NCBI GenBank assembly: GCA_963850305.1
Contig: CAWKKR010000008.1
Coordinates: forward strand, 1,504,001-1,568,000
DNA: 64,000 nucleotides
Direction: 5' to 3'
DNA from: an uncultured delta proteobacterium
GTDB taxonomy: Bacteria > Myxococcota_A > Polyangia > Polyangiales > Polyangiaceae
The notes under the pieces were generated by a model. The model worked only from the letters and a program-made list of their open reading frames with translations, ran no database searches and had not been told where the DNA came from. A program made the translations under genes and the position numbers. The number at the start of each line of letters is the position of its first letter. Position 1 is the stretch's first letter. Shown here piece after piece: positions 53,945 to 62,813 of this stretch.

Positions 53945-54316
53945 GAATGGGTGTCGTTTGCCAGCGCCCACGGCTCCACGGGATGCCCGAGCAAGTCGTG
54001 CTTCGTGAGCGCCTCCGGCGTCTTCGGTTCTCCTTTGCGCTTCAGGTATTCGGGCGCAGCCACCAACACACGCCGGAACGTAACGAGCAGGTGCGCGATC
54101 AAGGAGGTGCTCTCCGGCGTCAAGCCGGCCACGCGAATGGCCACGTCCATGCCCTCGAGCGCCAGATCGAGCAAGCGATCCTCGAGGCGGAGCTCGAGGC
54201 GCACGCCGGGGTGCTTCCGTCGGAACTCCGGCATCAGCGGCGCGACGAGCCCGAGACCGAAGCTTATGGGCACGGTCACCTGCAAGAGCCCGTCGGCCTG
54301 GCCCCGGACTCTTTCT
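53945..54316 (-). pseudogene. LysR substrate-binding-domain fragment
   Basis: GLLQVTVPISFG...HPGVRLEL...DLALEGMDVAIR...APEYL; the HTH is absent and IS91-like sequence takes its place. Confidence 0.85.
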
Positions 54317-54463
54317 CGACTTTCCACCACTGATGTGGCCGATGCGATCCAGGTCGCTCGCGCCCGCATCCTCGCGTACCTCGAGCGGCGCAACGTCATC
54401 CGCGTCGACGCCGACGTTCTCAGCGTCGACGACGCTCTCGCGGAGCGCGAGCCAGCGCTCGCC
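54317..54463 (+). mobile_element. IS91-like transposase fragment (second copy)
   Basis: 54326-54463 matches 43149-43286 with 4 mismatches in 138 bp. Confidence 0.85.
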
Positions 54464-54665
54464 GCGGTAGGTCGCGGATGGTGTCCCACAAGCTACTCGT
54501 CGTCCGCGTCGCGCGGGCGGCCGCGGCGACGCCCCGGACGGCTCACCCGACGCGGCAACCGGTGGCGCAATCGGTACAGGCGGCGATGACGGTGGTGCGG
54601 ACCACAGCGCAGGCGGCGCAGCCCACGCACTTTACGGCGTGCCGTCTCCGTGAGTCTCGAGGACG

Positions 54666-55811
54666 CTACGCCGTGCCGAAACTCGAGCGCGCGCGGATCC
54701 AGGTCACGATCGTCTCCAGCACGAGCGGCAAGTTACCGATCTGGCAGTGGCTCGACGCGTGCTCCTCGCCGCGAAAAACACGCTCGGTGACGGAGCGCGC
54801 GCGCACGAGGGTCGCGACCTGCCGGGCAAGCTGCGCGAGTGGAACGAAGTGGTCATCCGCGCCCGCGAGGAGCAGCACGTCCTGCGTCACGCGATCGGAA
54901 TACGGTGCCGTCCGGTACTTCATCGTCTCGCGCAAGAACGCAGAAGGGCTCGATGCGCCGGTCACCATCATGCCCTGCTCCATGCCCCACCTCGCGAGCA
55001 TGTCGTGCTTCATCATTACTCCGAGGATGCGGTCGACCATTCCGTCGCCGCCAGCGCGAAGGGCTCGATCGACGGCCATGCTGGCGAGCCGACCGCGACG
55101 GGACGAGATGCACTCGAAGAAATCCTCCATCACGTCGTACGCCACGACGCGCTGGATGCGCGGCTCGAAGGCAGCGGCGCGGATCGCGAGACAGCCGCCG
55201 AGCGAGATGCCGACCAACGTCACGTCGCGCACACCGAAGTGATCCAGCACGGCCGCGGTCGGATGCTCCCATAGCGGCGTCATCCGCAAGCCGTGACGAT
55301 GGAGTGCTCCCCCTTGCCCAGGGCCGTCGAACGCGATCACGTCGAACCCGCGATCGCGCATCACCTCGAGCATCGGGAAGAACTCTTCGACGAACGAATC
55401 GAAGCCCCCGTGCACGACGATCGCACCCCGCGAGTCCGGGCCACGAACTCGCAACGCCGGCAGCGCTCGGGCTTCGTACGGCACTGCGTGGCGCTCGAAG
55501 CGGCCCGCGGCGGCGCGCTCGAAGCGCGATTGAAATCGCTCGTAAGCGGCTGCTTTTCTCGGGTCGTTCGGGCTCAGAAAGAACTCCGCGGCGCGCACGT
55601 ACCGCAACGCGTCCTCGTCACGCCCCTCACGCGCAGCGGCCCCCTCGAGGGCGAACAACTCGCGCGACCAATCGTCGAAGGTCCGGATCCGCGGTGCGAC
55701 CGCGCGAACGTCCGAAAGGACCTCCGACGACCCGTCCGAGACCAGGCGATTCAGCTGAAAATTGAGGTTTGCATCCCTGTGAAAGCGGTGAAACCCAACG
55801 GGAAGCGCCAC
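54666..55811 (-). CDS. alpha/beta hydrolase (FrsA/dihydroxypseudooxynicotine hydrolase-like)
   Basis: HGGFDSFVEE, FDGPGQG, GISLGG, DDHFVP, HCQIGN. Confidence 0.88.
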   Translation of the reverse strand: MALPVGFHRFHRDANLNFQLNRLVSDGSSEVLSDVRAVAPRIRTFDDWSRELFALEGAAAREGRDEDALRYVRAAEFFLSPNDPRKAAAYERFQSRFERAAAGRFERHAVPYEARALPALRVRGPDSRGAIVVHGGFDSFVEEFFPMLEVMRDRGFDVIAFDGPGQGGALHRHGLRMTPLWEHPTAAVLDHFGVRDVTLVGISLGGCLAIRAAAFEPRIQRVVAYDVMEDFFECISSRRGRLASMAVDRALRAGGDGMVDRILGVMMKHDMLARWGMEQGMMVTGASSPSAFLRETMKYRTAPYSDRVTQDVLLLAGADDHFVPLAQLARQVATLVRARSVTERVFRGEEHASSHCQIGNLPLVLETIVTWIRARSSFGTA

Positions 55812-56014
55812 GCGAACGAAGATAGAAACGGACCCGGGAAAAGTCCACGTCTCGAGCGCGCCCTACGCTGTACGGCGGGCCCGCAGCGTTCGGGCCGAGT
55901 TCAGGCGCACCTTCGCACGCCCGGCGCGTGGAGCCGCCAGGATGCGACCTCCCTCCCCTTGCTTCTTCAGTCCTCGAACAGCTCCCCGACAAGGGTGCCT
56001 CGTAGAGAACGAGA

Positions 56015-56074
56015 AATCGCTGCCGCCCCAGGCCGTCCTGCGTCGACCGGACCCGGTTCGATTTACCTACGCGC
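56015..56074 (+). mobile_element. IS91/ISCR oriIS-like end (copy 3)
   Basis: 60 bp identical to 38523-38582; subterminal near-palindrome TCGACCGG-AC-CCGGTTCGA. Confidence 0.7.
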
Positions 56075-56180
56075 GACCTGAGCGGCAGTTCACCCCGCGA
56101 GCGAAGCGGTTCGTGCGACGTGAGCGGCAGTTCACCCCGCGAGTGAAGTGGTTCCTGCGACGTGAGCGGCGGTTCATCCC
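56075..56180. repeat. short copy (~5 units) of the 21-bp minisatellite at 23538
   Basis: Alternating TTCACCCCGCGAGCGAAGCGG and TTCGTGCGACGTGAGCGGCAG units. Confidence 0.9.
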
Positions 56181-56323
56181 CGCATGATCGTGGCTCCCCA
56201 CTCGCGTTGATGCGTCGAGCACGGCGAGGAACCTCAGCCGGTCGTACGGTCTAGTGGCACCGATTCTTGCATGGGGGCCTGTGCCCATGTCGGGCATCAT
56301 CAACAACAAAGGCAGTTAGAGTC

Positions 56324-56890
56324 ATGAATCCGAATTTGAATAGATCAGACCTGATCAATCTGGAAACGAGCGTGATCGCGGCACTCGCCAAGGTCACGCC
56401 CAACGAAAGCTTTCCCATCGAGGGCAAGCTCGTGGCGAGCAAGGATCTGCAGACGCAGGTCCAGGCTCACCTGGACACGATGAACTCGGTCAACGGCGCG
56501 CGAGCGCAGTTTTCCGAGCTCGTCGACGCCGACAAATCGCAGCGCGTCGAGATGGCGCCGGTCCTCGCGGGGATCCGGAACCATGTTGCCGGGCTGCTCG
56601 GCGAGAACAGCGCTGCGTTCGCCTCCTTCGGCTTCAAGCCGAGGAAGGCGGCGGAGCGCACGGCGGAGTCGAAGGCCGAGGCCGTGGAGAAGGTGCGCGC
56701 GACGCGCGTTGCCCGTCATACGATGGGAAAGCGTCAAAAAGCATCGATTCACGGCGTCGTTCCGCCGACTCCGGCCGCACCGGTCGTGACGTCACCGGTG
56801 AGCCCGGCGCCGTCCCCGACGACACCCGCTGACGCGAGTGCCAGCGGCGCGGCGACTCCCGCCGCGGTCACGAACAGTGTGACGCATTGA
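56324..56890 (+). CDS. hypothetical helical protein with a basic C-terminal motif and Pro/Ala tail
   Basis: Intact 188-aa ORF with GC-rich third positions; FGFKPRK...RATRVARHTMGKRQKASIHG; followed by a terminator. Confidence 0.8.
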   Translation: MNPNLNRSDLINLETSVIAALAKVTPNESFPIEGKLVASKDLQTQVQAHLDTMNSVNGARAQFSELVDADKSQRVEMAPVLAGIRNHVAGLLGENSAAFASFGFKPRKAAERTAESKAEAVEKVRATRVARHTMGKRQKASIHGVVPPTPAAPVVTSPVSPAPSPTTPADASASGAATPAAVTNSVTH

Positions 56891-56904
56891 ACTGGGTAAG
56901 AACG

Positions 56905-56945
56905 GCCGCGGGGAGTCTTCACCGAGGCTCCCCGCGGCGCTTTTT
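56905..56945 (+). terminator. rho-independent terminator
   Basis: GCCGCGGGGAG...CTCCCCGCGGC stem followed by TTTTT. Confidence 0.85.
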
Positions 56946-57298
56946 GTGGCAGCCGAGCCGGGGATCCTTTGCGACGAACGAACGTCGAGAAGCCCGCGTG
57001 TCGCGTGCTCGTCAAGGTGTGAAAAAAGACTGTGGTGCCAGAGCAACACCACGACGCCGAAGTCATGGTGCGAACCGGTGGTGAAGAGCGCTGGTGTTCG
57101 AGAAGCGTGGGGTGAGTGCGACTCGTGAGCGGGTTACAGGGTTACCCGGCAGCCTCTGGCAGCGTGAACGCGGCCGCGGAAAGCCGCGGGGAAGAGGCCG
57201 CCTGCCCGTTCGACCTTGACAATTTGCTCTGAAATAGTGGATGATTTCATGTTTCCTAATCGCTCCGGATCAGAGAATCGGAGCTGGAGGTCCTCGTG

Positions 57299-59245
57299 AT
57301 GGGTTCCGCTCCGTGGGTCGGCTGGGTTCGGTCGAAAGGCGTCGTGCTCGTGCTGGCCGTCGGGGGTCTCGGCACTGCTCTGGCGTCGGGATGTAGCTCG
57401 ACGAGCGCCTCGAAGGCCGCGCTCGCCGCGAGCTGCGAGCTGAACAGCGATTGCAGCGGCGAGCTGGTCTGCAGCTTCGGCCTCTGTCACAAGGAGTGTA
57501 CGGCGACGAAGGACTGCACCGCGCCCGCGGACTGCATCGTCTCGCCGGCCGGGAACGTGTGCCAGCAAGCGAGCGAGACGAACTGCATCCGGACCTCGGA
57601 TTGCCACACTCCGTTGACCTGCGCGAGCGACAGTACCTGTCGCAGCGCTTGCGTGACGGCGAGGGATTGCGTCGAAGGCCAGGTGTGTGCCACCGGCGGA
57701 GTCTGCGCGGACCAGAATGAGGTCACCTCGGCGGGGACTCTCATCAATGCCGGTGGCGCGAGCGGCGCGGGTGGTGCGAACGGCGTGGGTGGCGCGAACG
57801 GCGCGGGTGGTGCGAACGGCGCGGGTGGTTCGGGGTCCACCGTCCCCGACGCAGGGCTTGAGCACCCGGGCACGGGCGGCACGACCGGCACGCCGCCAGT
57901 GGACGGCGGTAGCGGATTCACGGGAGCCGGCGGGACGAGCAGCATACGGTCGGATGCAGGCAAGTCGCCAGGTGCCGGCGGCGTGCCGGTGGGTCCGGGC
58001 TGCACCAACGGTGGCGGCGCGCAGTGCGGCGGCAGCTGCATCAACACGTCCACGGATCCAGCCAACTGCGGGACCTGCGGCCACACGTGCCCGCAGAGTG
58101 GCGGCTGCATCGAGGGCAAGTGCGTGACCCCCTATTGCAGCGCGGGCTTCACGAACTGCGGCAGCGAGTGCGACGATCTCCAGAGAAATGCCCTGCACTG
58201 CGGCACCTGCGATAACGCCTGCGCGGCGGACGAGCAGTGTTCACAGGGGGTGTGCGCCAAGATCTGTGACCCGTCCACCGGGCTCAACTATTGCTCGGGC
58301 TTGTACGGGAGCTCGGGTACTTGTGTCGACCTTTCCACCGACTTCTCGAATTGCGGCACTTGCGGCAATAACTGCCAGACCCTCGAGCAAGGGCAGAACT
58401 TCGGGGGAGGGGCCAATCCCCTCGCGTGCGTGGGCGGAGCCTGCGTCTGCACGGGCGGGCTGACGGCGTGTGGTGGCACCACGACCATCACCTGCGCAAA
58501 CGTCGGCGACGACCCGCTCAACTGCGGGACGTGCGGCCACGTCTGCCCGGGCTCGCAGGTCTGCTCGGGCGGCACCTGCGCCGCGACCTGCGGCGGCAGC
58601 CTCGCGAGCTGCGGTGGCGCTTGCGTGGACACCTCCTCCGATCCCCAGCACTGTGGCAGCAGTTGTACCGACTGCACTTCGTCGGCGCAGACGTGCATCA
58701 GCGGAGTGTGCCGGCCCGGTACAGGAGGCAGGTGCGCGGCCGGGCTGACGACCTGCAGCGCGGGCGGTGGCGGCGGCCCCGTTTGCGTCGACACGTCCAG
58801 CGACCCGGTTAACTGCGGGGCATGCGGCACGGTCTGCGTCGGCGGGCCTTGCGTGGGCGGCGCATGCACCTGCGCCAACTCGGCGCTCACCGCTTGTTCG
58901 AAGACCGGCTGCAACACGGTATGCAGCGACCTCACGAGTGATCCCTTCAACTGCATCCGGTGCGGCAACGTTTGCCCCTCGGACACTGTCACCGGCGCAC
59001 CGGGCATCTGCACGCCGAGCGGCTGCGCCTTCGAGCCGACTCCTTGCGACACGGGGTTGACCCAGTGTTTCAATGGGTCGTCCAACGGCGGCATCTCGGC
59101 CGGCGGCGGCTGTTCGCCGCTCGTCTCGAACGCTCCCGAGCCCGGCGGATTCTGTGTGGACACCATGACGGACCCCAGCCATTGCGGCAACTGCACCACC
59201 CAGTGTCCGTTCAACCACACGTGCTCGGGCGGCGTCTGCCACTAG
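57299..59245 (+). CDS. Cys-rich lipoprotein with CVDxxxDPxNCGxC repeats (MXAN_6577/STIG1-like)
   Basis: LASGC lipobox, Gly-rich linker and about 8 DPxNCG-type repeats. Confidence 0.85.
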   Translation: MGSAPWVGWVRSKGVVLVLAVGGLGTALASGCSSTSASKAALAASCELNSDCSGELVCSFGLCHKECTATKDCTAPADCIVSPAGNVCQQASETNCIRTSDCHTPLTCASDSTCRSACVTARDCVEGQVCATGGVCADQNEVTSAGTLINAGGASGAGGANGVGGANGAGGANGAGGSGSTVPDAGLEHPGTGGTTGTPPVDGGSGFTGAGGTSSIRSDAGKSPGAGGVPVGPGCTNGGGAQCGGSCINTSTDPANCGTCGHTCPQSGGCIEGKCVTPYCSAGFTNCGSECDDLQRNALHCGTCDNACAADEQCSQGVCAKICDPSTGLNYCSGLYGSSGTCVDLSTDFSNCGTCGNNCQTLEQGQNFGGGANPLACVGGACVCTGGLTACGGTTTITCANVGDDPLNCGTCGHVCPGSQVCSGGTCAATCGGSLASCGGACVDTSSDPQHCGSSCTDCTSSAQTCISGVCRPGTGGRCAAGLTTCSAGGGGGPVCVDTSSDPVNCGACGTVCVGGPCVGGACTCANSALTACSKTGCNTVCSDLTSDPFNCIRCGNVCPSDTVTGAPGICTPSGCAFEPTPCDTGLTQCFNGSSNGGISAGGGCSPLVSNAPEPGGFCVDTMTDPSHCGNCTTQCPFNHTCSGGVCH

Positions 59246-59333
59246 GAAAGGGGGTCTTGACCCCCGCGGCTCGCTTCGCGACCGCTCCCCCGCCGCCTTC
59301 GGCGGGCTCGCTCCGCTCGCGTAGTTCCGCATC
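59242..59333. repeat. REP/MITE-like palindromic element (inverted copy of the 6765-6928 unit)
   Basis: CTAGGAAAGGGGGTCTTGACCCCCGCGGCTCGCTTCGCGACC...GTAGTTCCGCATC; the CTAG contains the upstream gene's stop codon. Confidence 0.9.
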
Positions 59334-59382
59334 TGGGAGCCTGGCAACCTAGGGATCCCCGTGTGCGGCGGCCCACCGCGCA

Positions 59383-60518
59383 TCACTCGTTCAGCAGCGC
59401 GGCCACCTTCTCCGCAATCGCGAGCGACGCGGTGAGCCCCGGTGACTCGATGCCGAACAGGTTCACGAGCCCCGGAACCCTGTGCGTCGACGGTCCCTGG
59501 ATCACGAAGTCGCCATCCGGCGCTCCCGCCGGCACGAGCTTGGGTCGCACGCCGGCGAAAGCGGGCTCGAGCGCATGCTCGGGGAGTCCCGGCCAGTAAC
59601 GGCGGATCTCGCCGTAGAAGGCGTCCCCGCGCCATGGGTCGACGTCGTACCGGAGGTCGTCGACCCGGGAAACGGGGAGCCACTCCACGTCCGGCCCGAA
59701 CCGCGCCTGCCCCCCGAGGAATCGAAGGTGAGATGAACGCCGAGACCCCCGGGGACCGGGACCGGATAGACGAGACGTGAGAAGGGCGCTCGCCCCGACA
59801 GGCTGAAGTAGTTGCCTTTCGCGAAGTGAGCCACCGGCACGGCCGCCACCGCGATGCCCTCGATGCTGCTCGCGACGGCCGGAGCGGACAGACCCGCGGC
59901 GTTCACGAGGTTCTTCACCGTGAGGGTGGTGGGACGACCCTGCGCGTCGGCGACCGTCAATCGGATCCCCGAAGCGGTGGTCTCGCCGCGGACCACGCGG
60001 CTGCCGAACGCGATGCTCGCGCCCCGGTCCTGCGCCTCGCCGAGCAGGCTCCGCATGAGAGCATGCGAGTCCACGATGCCGGTCGACGGCGACACGAGCG
60101 CCCCGACGCACTCGAGTGCAGGCTCGAGCTCGAGCGCCTCCCGGCGATCGATGAGCCGGAGATCGAACACTCCATTTGCCCGGGCGCGGGCGACGATGGC
60201 GTCGAGGCGCTCGAGCTGCTCGGGGCTGGTCGCGACGATGATCTTGCCGCACCGCCGAAACGGCACCGCCCGACTCTCGCAGTACTCGTAGAGCCGCTCT
60301 CGCCCTGCCACGCAAAGGGAAGCCTTGAGCGAGCCGCTCGCGTAATAAATCCCCGCGTGCACGACCTCGCTGTTTCGCGAGCTCGAGCCGGAGCCGATGA
60401 CCGTCTCCGCCTCCACCACGACGACCTCCACCCCGCGCCGCGCGAGCTCGCGGGTCACGGCGAGCCCGACGACTCCCGCGCCCACCACGACGGCATCGAT
60501 GTGCTGCACGGGTTCCAC
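59383..60518 (-). CDS. FAD-dependent oxidoreductase (L-2-hydroxyglutarate dehydrogenase-like); frameshift near 59718
   Basis: [29 protein letters not shown] | [25 protein letters not shown]. Confidence 0.88.
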
Positions 60519-60613
60519 GGGCAACGACGAGCCGCTCGCATACCGCGCCTCCGGCAAGCCGTCACGGACCCGCTCCTACAGCCGTTCCGCGCCGTCGAGT
60601 TTGCTCGGGTTCC

Positions 60614-60663
60614 CCGCACTCTCGATCGGTGACCGGTCGAGCGCGGCTCCGGTTGGCGATGCC
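60614..60663 (-). repeat. second copy of the 50-bp palindromic repeat
   Basis: Reverse complement of 29639-29688 with 1 mismatch. Confidence 0.88.
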
Positions 60664-60796
60664 GGGGTCGGTTTCGGGCGCGGGATCGGTTCCGGGGCAA
60701 GGCCCCCCTGCAACCCATCAGTCGCGAATGCGCGTGCCCGCGACGAGCCTCACGAGCTCGAGCGCGAGCTGGTACCCTCGACGTCAGCAGGAAGAG

Positions 60797-62737
60797 ATGC
60801 CGGGCTCGGACGACGTCGAAAATCTGGACCGCTTGATCGGTAGCGTTGTTCCGTCCGAAGGTGCGCCGGGCGTGACGTTCGTCGTCGGGCAGTGTCTCGG
60901 CGCGGGTGCGGTGGGAGTCGTGTTCGCTGCGCTGCGGTCGGAGCGCGGGGCGGAGACTCCGGTGGTGCTGAAGGTGCTGCGGCCGAGCTTCGTCGTGGCG
61001 AACGGGGACACGGCCCTCGCCAGCATTCGCAAGGAAGCGGTCGCTCTCGGGCGGTTGAACGAGCGGGTGCCGCCGTCGCCGTTCGTCGTGCGGCTCATCG
61101 ACACGGGGGAGCTCCCGTTCGTTCACCGGATGACGCTGCAGTTGCCGTGGCTCGCCATCGAGCAGGTGCACGGCGGCGAGGAGGGCACGACGCTCGCCGA
61201 GCGCGTGCGCTTTGCGTGCGACAGCACGGGCAGCGCGTTCGACCCCGCGCGTGCGGCGCGCGCGCTGCGATGCCTCGCCAGTGGGATTGCCGCGATTCAC
61301 GGCGTGGGCGTCGTGCACCGCGATCTGACGCCCGGCAACGTGCTGTGCTGCGGCTTCGGCGAAGGGGAGCTCTTCAAGATCTCGGATTTCGGCGTGTCGC
61401 GATCGGTCGGCATGGCGGACACGTTCGGCCAGGTGCTGCTCGGGACTCCGGGGTATGCAGCGCCCGAGCAGAGCTTCCCGACGGTGGCCGGCGTCGGTCC
61501 GCACAGCGACGTCTTCAGCTTCGGCTGCCTCGTCTACTTCATCCTGACGGGCGAGCCTTATTTCCAGGCAAGGACGTTGGCGCAGGCGCTCATCCTGGCC
61601 CGCGCCCCGGAGCGTCGCGGCGTCGCAGCGGGGCGGTTCCTGGCGCCCGAGCTGCTCGCGCGTCCCGACGTGTGCGCGACGCTCGATCGCGCGCTCGCCG
61701 AGGCCACCGCTTACGATCCTCGCGAGCGACCTCAGCATGTTCAGTACCTCGCAGGGGCGCTCGCGCCGCTGCTCGCGACCATGGGCTCGGCGCGACCGAG
61801 TCAACGACACGTGGACAGCGTCGCGTCGCGTCCGGCGCCCGTCGACGCCGGAGGGTGGCGCTGGACGGTTCGACACGCGCCGGGCGATCCGCGCGTCATC
61901 TATTCCGCGGCGTGGGACGCCGACGGGGCGTGTCTCGCCGCGACGACGCAGGGACTCGAGTACTGGGACGGCGTCCGCTGGGTCGTGGCGACCCGGGAAC
62001 GGTGGCTCTCCGAGTCCATTCGCTTCGTGTATCGGGTCGGGGCCGGTGCCTGGTTGCTCGGGGCCGAGGACGGCACGCTTTCGCTCTTCACGTTCGAGGG
62101 CGTTCAGGCTCTCGGCCGCGCCGGTGCGGGTCCGCTCCGGCTCGTCACCGGCAGCGGGAGTCCCGACGATCTGCTCGTCACGGTCGTCGAGCGCGACGGT
62201 GGCCGCATCGAGCTCCTCGGCATGGCGTCCCGCCGCTGGATGAAGCCGCTCCCCGTTTCTCAGGCAGCGAGCATCACGACCGTCGCGCACGTCGATGACG
62301 CACGCTGGCTCGTCGCAGGCCGGAGCCACGCGGGCCTCGGGTTTGCCGCCCTGTTCGACCCGTTGCAATGGGAGCTGGCGCCGCTGCTCGTCCCTCCGAA
62401 TCGCGCGTTCATCGCCTCCGGCGGCGCTGCAGACAGGGGCACGGGCATCGTCGGGGGCGCGTCGGGGTACGTCGTTCACGTCGAGCGCAACCACACGAGA
62501 GGGTCGCGTTTGCCCGACGAGAGCGACGTCTCCGCGGTCGCGACGGACCTGTTCGGTCGCGACTGGGCGGCGAGCCTCGGACGGATCTGGCTTCGCAATC
62601 TCAGCGATGCCTGGAGCCTCGTCTGGAGCGATCCCGCGTGGGCCGTCCCGTTCATCCGGCTCGTCCCCGACGCGGGGATGCTCCTCGCCCTGGCCGCCGA
62701 CGGCGCCGTGCTCGAGGGCCGAGCCGCGGCGAAGTGA
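60797..62737 (+). CDS. serine/threonine protein kinase with a beta-rich C-terminal domain
   Basis: LGAGAVG, VLKVL, HRDLTPGN, DFG, GTPGYAAPE, DVFSFG. Confidence 0.92.
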   Translation: MPGSDDVENLDRLIGSVVPSEGAPGVTFVVGQCLGAGAVGVVFAALRSERGAETPVVLKVLRPSFVVANGDTALASIRKEAVALGRLNERVPPSPFVVRLIDTGELPFVHRMTLQLPWLAIEQVHGGEEGTTLAERVRFACDSTGSAFDPARAARALRCLASGIAAIHGVGVVHRDLTPGNVLCCGFGEGELFKISDFGVSRSVGMADTFGQVLLGTPGYAAPEQSFPTVAGVGPHSDVFSFGCLVYFILTGEPYFQARTLAQALILARAPERRGVAAGRFLAPELLARPDVCATLDRALAEATAYDPRERPQHVQYLAGALAPLLATMGSARPSQRHVDSVASRPAPVDAGGWRWTVRHAPGDPRVIYSAAWDADGACLAATTQGLEYWDGVRWVVATRERWLSESIRFVYRVGAGAWLLGAEDGTLSLFTFEGVQALGRAGAGPLRLVTGSGSPDDLLVTVVERDGGRIELLGMASRRWMKPLPVSQAASITTVAHVDDARWLVAGRSHAGLGFAALFDPLQWELAPLLVPPNRAFIASGGAADRGTGIVGGASGYVVHVERNHTRGSRLPDESDVSAVATDLFGRDWAASLGRIWLRNLSDAWSLVWSDPAWAVPFIRLVPDAGMLLALAADGAVLEGRAAAK

Positions 62738-62813
62738 CCGTTCGCGAGGGTAGGAGCGCGTACGCGCGCAACGAGGCTTCGGCTCCCCTCCATCCGGCGT
62801 AACGGGTAGAGTG

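Noticed and set aside
54543..54640. Ferredoxin-like peptide (CVGCAACAVV) on the minus strand
   Set aside because: Short, with no start codon context and an incomplete Cys motif; at most a remnant.
57216..57245. sigma70 promoter upstream of the Cys-rich lipoprotein
   Set aside because: TTGACA is present, but the -10 (GATGAT at 18 bp) is weak; insufficient to call.
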